Shown: piece after piece, positions 59,554 to 64,000 of the stretch | Numbering within the stretch: position 1 is the stretch's first letter | Layout of the letters: each line of letters starts with the position of its first letter | DNA from: Candidatus Bathyarchaeota archaeon | Lineage (GTDB): Archaea; Thermoproteota; Bathyarchaeia; Bathyarchaeales; Bathycorpusculaceae | Length of the DNA stretch: 64,000 nucleotides | NCBI GenBank assembly: GCA_963720565.1 | Contig: CAVRFW010000005.1 | Span: forward strand, 160,001-224,000 | Direction of reading: 5' to 3' | Program-made: the position numbers and the translations under genes | Notes under the pieces: generated by a model | Told to the model about the DNA's origin: nothing | Databases searched by the model: none | What the model saw: only the letters and a program-made list of their open reading frames with translations

Positions 59554-60939
59554 TTGAACGATCTCCTAACCCGAATAATCAACGTTGCCATAACGAAATT
59601 CAGAGCTGAATACGCTGAAGCCCGAGCGCAAACGCTACACAAGACCATGCTAACCCTAAAAGAAGGACGAGTTGAAGCTGCACGACAAGGCATCGAAAAT
59701 GGAGTGGCACTACGCGTTCTCGTAAACGGTTCATGGGGTTTTGCATCAGTCGGTTCCCTGAACGCTGACGTACTAACCACAGCGATCTCCGACGCTTGCA
59801 GAATGGCAAAAACTGCTAGTTCAAGCCAGAAAATACCAATCAAACTCGCTCAAACCAAAGCGACGCAGGACAGAGTTCACGCCAAACCTCAAAAAAATCC
59901 CCGAGAAATACGGATTGAAGACAAAGTCAAAACCGCGTTGTCCATAAACAAAACGACCCTAGACTACGACAAACGCGTCAGGAGCTGCACAATAGACTAT
60001 CTGGATTTAACAGGTACCAACCACTTCGCAAACAGCGAAGGAACACTAATTGAACAAGACAAATTGTATGTTTGGTCAAGAATAACCGCTTCAGCAATTA
60101 GCAAAGGAGTCTTCACATTCAGCCGAGAGGAGATTGGCTCTACAGAAGGCTACGAGTTGTTCGATAAGATGACTCCTGAAAAAATAGGCGCAGCTGTCGC
60201 AAAGCGAGCAGTGGAACAACTGGAAGCTAAGCCTCCCAGAGGCGGTCCGTCCGCAGTTGTACTCGGACCAGACGTAGTGGGCGTTTTCGTGCATGAGGCT
60301 TTCGGGCATCTTGCAGAAGCTGACTTGGCGCTGTCAGGTGGTCTTTTGGCAAACAGTATAGGGAAGAAAATCGCGTCTGAAGTGGTCACGTTTTACGATG
60401 ATGGAACCATAAACGGCGCTTTTGGCTCTTTCAAATACGATGACGAGGGTGTGCAAACCCAAAAGACTCTTCTAATCAAGGACGGCGTGGTGGTTGGCTT
60501 GATGCATAACCGTGAGACCGCCCAGAAATTCAACACGGACCCAACAGGCAACGCTCGCGCCGAAGATTTCCGGGTTGAACCCATTATCCGAATGCGAAAT
60601 ACTTTCATGAGTCCCAAAGACCATTCTTTCGAAGAGCTAATCGAAGACGTACAGTCCGGCTACTATTTCAAGAGTTTTAGGGGCGGGCAAGCTAATTTGG
60701 ACGGAACTTTCCAGGTTGGCATTCAAGAAGCATATGAAATTGTCAACGGAGAAATAGGTGAACCAGTCCGCAACGCTTCCATAAGCGGTAACACTCTTGA
60801 AACGCTCTTCAAGGTTGATGCAGTGGGAAAAGACTTTGAACTATCATCGGGGCGTTGTGGAAAAGGGCAAACTGCCTTCATCAGCGATGGCGGACCCCAC
60901 ATAAGAGTCAAAGAGGTGCTTGTCGGTGGCAGTGCTTGA
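59554..60939 (+). CDS. tldD: TldD metalloprotease subunit
   Basis: [28 protein letters not shown]...GGPH. Confidence 0.93.
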   Translation: MNDLLTRIINVAITKFRAEYAEARAQTLHKTMLTLKEGRVEAARQGIENGVALRVLVNGSWGFASVGSLNADVLTTAISDACRMAKTASSSQKIPIKLAQTKATQDRVHAKPQKNPREIRIEDKVKTALSINKTTLDYDKRVRSCTIDYLDLTGTNHFANSEGTLIEQDKLYVWSRITASAISKGVFTFSREEIGSTEGYELFDKMTPEKIGAAVAKRAVEQLEAKPPRGGPSAVVLGPDVVGVFVHEAFGHLAEADLALSGGLLANSIGKKIASEVVTFYDDGTINGAFGSFKYDDEGVQTQKTLLIKDGVVVGLMHNRETAQKFNTDPTGNARAEDFRVEPIIRMRNTFMSPKDHSFEELIEDVQSGYYFKSFRGGQANLDGTFQVGIQEAYEIVNGEIGEPVRNASISGNTLETLFKVDAVGKDFELSSGRCGKGQTAFISDGGPHIRVKEVLVGGSA

Positions 60940-62290
60940 AAAAAACGAAATGTTGAGTTTAGCAGAAAACACTGTTAGCAATGCTTTGAAGAAAGGCGCT
61001 GCAGATGCTGAGGCCTATATCTATGAGGGACAAGCCACAAACATCGGCATTGAAATAGGTCAAATCAGCAAAAGCAGCAGGATAATCGACAGAGGTTTAG
61101 GCATAAGAGTCACAGTTAACAACGCGATCGGCTTCGCGTACACAAACATTATTGAAAACCCGACCGCCACGCAAGACGCAATTGCCAGGGCGATAGGCGC
61201 GGCAAAAGCCAGCAAACCCGACAACGACTGGAAAGGCCTCCCTGAAAAGAAAAGCTACACCCACGCAGAAAAAACCTACGACAACAAACTCCTTGAACTC
61301 CACGCTGAAGACTTGGTTAACATTGCCTCCACCATGCTAGAAGCAGCCGCGAGCGTGAACAAGCGGGTTTTCCCAATAGAAGGCGGAGTTGGCGTCGCCT
61401 ACGTGTCTACCGCTATAGCAAACTCAAACGGAATAGCAGTTCATGACAAGGGCACAATGATGGAATCCAGCTTGGCTGCAGTAGCTAAAGACGGGAACAC
61501 CGTGACGCCCGTCTGCTTTGAATTCAACGCTGAAAGAAACTACAACATCGATCCGGTGTGGGTTGGAAAAGAAGCAGGTCGCCTTGCATTATCAGCTCTG
61601 AAAACCAAACGGATAGAAACATCCAACACCAAAATAATCCTAACTCAGTTCGCACTGCAAGAACTCTTCTATTATACCTTGATTAACGCCGTAAAAGCTG
61701 ACAACGTTCAAAGAGACCAATCGCCCTTCAAAGGCAAGATTAACGAAAAAGTAGCATCAGAAAACGTCACAATATACGACGATGGCTTAATCCCCGGTGG
61801 ACTTCGCACTTGGTCTTTCGACGGTGAAGGAGTCCCACAACAAAAGACTCCGCTTATCGAGAAGGGAATACTCCGCAACTTTCTATACGACAACTACGCA
61901 GCGAAAAAAGAAGATAAACAGAGCACAGGCAACGCTTCGAGAGCTGGGTATCTTTCAACACCAAACGTCGAAGCCACAAACTTCCACGTGCTGCCTGGAA
62001 CCAACACATCCGACCAGATCATGAACGAGGTCGATGACGGCTTAATAATCTACTACTTGCAAGGTGCCCACAGCAGCAACCCGGTTAGCGGTGAATTCTC
62101 GGTTGTAGCTACACCCGCTTGGAAAATCAGGAAAGGTGAAATAACTCACTCAACGCGCGGCGTGATGCTGGCAGGAAACATCTTTGAATTGTTAAAAAGT
62201 GTAAACATAATCGCCAATAACGAAAGAAAAATGGGACAACTAGTCTCACCGTGGATTCTGGTAGATAACGTCAGGGTCATCGGAAAATAG
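60920..62290 (+). CDS. pmbA: PmbA/TldE subunit
   Basis: [18 protein letters not shown]; lacks HExxH; paired with tldD. Confidence 0.9.
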   Translation: MSVAVLEKNEMLSLAENTVSNALKKGAADAEAYIYEGQATNIGIEIGQISKSSRIIDRGLGIRVTVNNAIGFAYTNIIENPTATQDAIARAIGAAKASKPDNDWKGLPEKKSYTHAEKTYDNKLLELHAEDLVNIASTMLEAAASVNKRVFPIEGGVGVAYVSTAIANSNGIAVHDKGTMMESSLAAVAKDGNTVTPVCFEFNAERNYNIDPVWVGKEAGRLALSALKTKRIETSNTKIILTQFALQELFYYTLINAVKADNVQRDQSPFKGKINEKVASENVTIYDDGLIPGGLRTWSFDGEGVPQQKTPLIEKGILRNFLYDNYAAKKEDKQSTGNASRAGYLSTPNVEATNFHVLPGTNTSDQIMNEVDDGLIIYYLQGAHSSNPVSGEFSVVATPAWKIRKGEITHSTRGVMLAGNIFELLKSVNIIANNERKMGQLVSPWILVDNVRVIGK

Positions 62291-62406
62291 CAATAGCAGG
62301 TCGCAAAGAAACCTGCCTAAACAAACTCTTCCCATACTTTACTAGCACCTATATGGGTATCGCTCTCAACCCTCTCACTACAAAATCCGTAGTTGCAGCA
62401 TAAGAT

Positions 62407-62484
62407 TGGTGCTCCGGCCGGGATTCGGACCCGGGTCCACGGCTCGAGAGGCCGTTATACTTGACCGGACTATACTACCGGAGC
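62407..62484 (-). tRNA. tRNA-Glu(CTC), CCA encoded, T-loop TCCGAAT
   Basis: GCTCCGG/CCGGAGC acceptor stem; ACGGC-CTCTCGA-GCCGT anticodon arm. Confidence 0.95.
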
Positions 62485-62653
62485 TCGGATGAGACTATCT
62501 TTCAATTGTGTTTGCGGTATATAGCCACTTCGTCTCTTCAGCGGCAGCATACATAGGGTGTTTCAAAAATTAAGAATAATTCTAATTTAAAAAGCCATTT
62601 CTTGAAATAATGCTCGCGAGAAAACAAGAAAAAAAAGAGATAGAAAAAGGCGT

Positions 62654-64000
62654 CTAGTCTTCGCCTTCAGGACCGCCCGGCATGCCGCCTGGACCGCCTG
62701 GACCGCCCTTTGGTGCTTTAGCTGTTATTACATCGTCTATGCGAAGTATCATTGCGGCTGATTCAGAAGCAGACTTCACAGCTTGCTCCTTAACTGAGAT
62801 TGGCTCAATGACGCCATTGTCAAGGCTGTTCTGTGTTTTGCCAGTGAAAACGTCTATACCAATGTATTTGCCATCTTCTTTTTCATGCGCGCTGCGCAAA
62901 TCAACAAGCACATCTATCGGTTCGAGCCCCGCGTTTTCCGCAAGCGTTCGCGGAATAACTTCAACTGCATCTGCAAAAGCCTCAACTGCCAACTGCTCCC
63001 TTCCGCCCACCTTAGTTGCATATCTGCGCAATTCCTTGGCAACTTCGATTTCCACTGCTCCACCACCAGCAACGATTTTGTTGTTTTCAATAACGTCTGA
63101 GACGACTGAGAGAGCGTCCGTCATTGCACGTTCAGCTTCATCAACCATACGTTCGAGTCCTGCGCGGATGAGAATCGCCACTGAATGTGGATCTTTACAT
63201 TTTTCGACGAAAATCATTTTGTCATCGCCGATTCTGCGTTCTTCAACTATGCCTGCCATGCCTAGGTCGTTGGCTTTCAAATCTTCCAGGTCGGAAACTA
63301 TTTTCGCGCCAGTTGCACGTGAGAGTTTTTCCATATCGGATTCCTTCACGCGTCTAGCTGCGATTATGCCTTCTTTCGCAAGGAAGTGTTGAACCATGTC
63401 ATCTATTCCTTTCTGGCAGAAAACTACGTCAGCCTTTGATGCCTTGATTTTCTGAACCATTTCCGCCATCATGTTAGTCTCTTGATCTAGGAAAGCCTTC
63501 ATCTGAGAAGGGTCACGAATTCGAATTTCCGCACTGATTTCTGTCTTCTCAATTTCCAGTGCCGAATCCAATAGTGCGATCTTCGCGTTTTCTTTCTTCT
63601 TGGGCATTCCTGGATGAACAACTTCTTTGTCAACAATTATTCCTCGTATAAGCTGAGTCTCGAGGAGGCTTTTTCCCGTTTTCTTCACAAGTTGAATGTT
63701 ATCGATGTCGGCAATCATCTTGTCGCCGCGCTTTTCTGCGATTTGCTTTACTGCGTCGATCGCTATCTGTGCTAAGTGCTCGCGTGCTGCACCAACAGCT
63801 TTGCTGCTCATTGAAGTCAATGCGACTTTCAAGAGGGTTTTCTTGTCTTCTATGTCAACTGGTACTGCAACTTTGCCTATGATTTCTATAGCTTTTTGGG
63901 CTGCTTTTCGGTAGCCGCTTACAAGTATTGTCGGGTGAATATTCTGGTCAAGAAGTTCTTCGGCTTTCTTGAGAAGTTCGCTTGCCAAGACCACGGTGGT
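62654..64000 (-). CDS. ths: Thermosome (group II chaperonin) subunit, 5'-truncated by the window edge
   Basis: IHPT, CQKGIDD, AGGGAVE, LAENAG, ILRIDDVI, GGP/GGM tail. Confidence 0.96.
   Translation of the reverse strand, partial: TTVVLASELLKKAEELLDQNIHPTILVSGYRKAAQKAIEIIGKVAVPVDIEDKKTLLKVALTSMSSKAVGAAREHLAQIAIDAVKQIAEKRGDKMIADIDNIQLVKKTGKSLLETQLIRGIIVDKEVVHPGMPKKKENAKIALLDSALEIEKTEISAEIRIRDPSQMKAFLDQETNMMAEMVQKIKASKADVVFCQKGIDDMVQHFLAKEGIIAARRVKESDMEKLSRATGAKIVSDLEDLKANDLGMAGIVEERRIGDDKMIFVEKCKDPHSVAILIRAGLERMVDEAERAMTDALSVVSDVIENNKIVAGGGAVEIEVAKELRRYATKVGGREQLAVEAFADAVEVIPRTLAENAGLEPIDVLVDLRSAHEKEDGKYIGIDVFTGKTQNSLDNGVIEPISVKEQAVKSASESAAMILRIDDVITAKAPKGGPGGPGGMPGGPEGED

Noticed and set aside
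1..64000. CRISPR arrays, rRNA genes, IS elements, inteins, tRNA introns
   Set aside because: None seen: no spaced repeats, and MCM and the tRNAs are of normal length

Overview
Archaeal chromosomal window, most likely Bathyarchaeia (inferred from gene content and protein style, not from a search). It is mostly core housekeeping. The first part holds ppsA, dph2, the csl4-rpoL-TFS-PCNA-priL/priS-GINS-L44e-S27e-(aIF2alpha)-nop10-PAC2 information-processing cluster, GINS23-MCM, a histone and a small accessory block next to tRNA-Leu. The middle holds a complete archaeal-type aromatic amino acid operon (lysC-aroA'-aroB'-aroD-aroE-aroK-aroA-aroC-CM-aminotransferase-tyrA) converging on a branched-chain operon (ilvB-ilvH-leuC-leuD-leuB-leuA-pheA), plus ilvD and a second leuA/cimA-family gene. 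The end holds alba, cbiM, endoQ, tldD/pmbA and a thermosome subunit. There are four tRNAs. Main discovery: both amino acid operons are preceded by unannotated short leader ORFs rich in their own end-product codons (aro: ...MFSSFGYYFYYYFC*; ilv/leu: MRDRHLNSWDRRVLILQITQGTF*). Each has a near-identical BRE/TATA promoter and a stem-loop just after the stop. This is the architecture of ribosome-mediated attenuation, which to my knowledge is not established in archaea. Other oddities: aIF2alpha is reduced to a 35-codon N/C-terminal fusion, a degenerate tRNA-Leu-like element bounds the accessory block, and two tRNAs have C55. Several single-base frameshifts suggest imperfect sequence quality.
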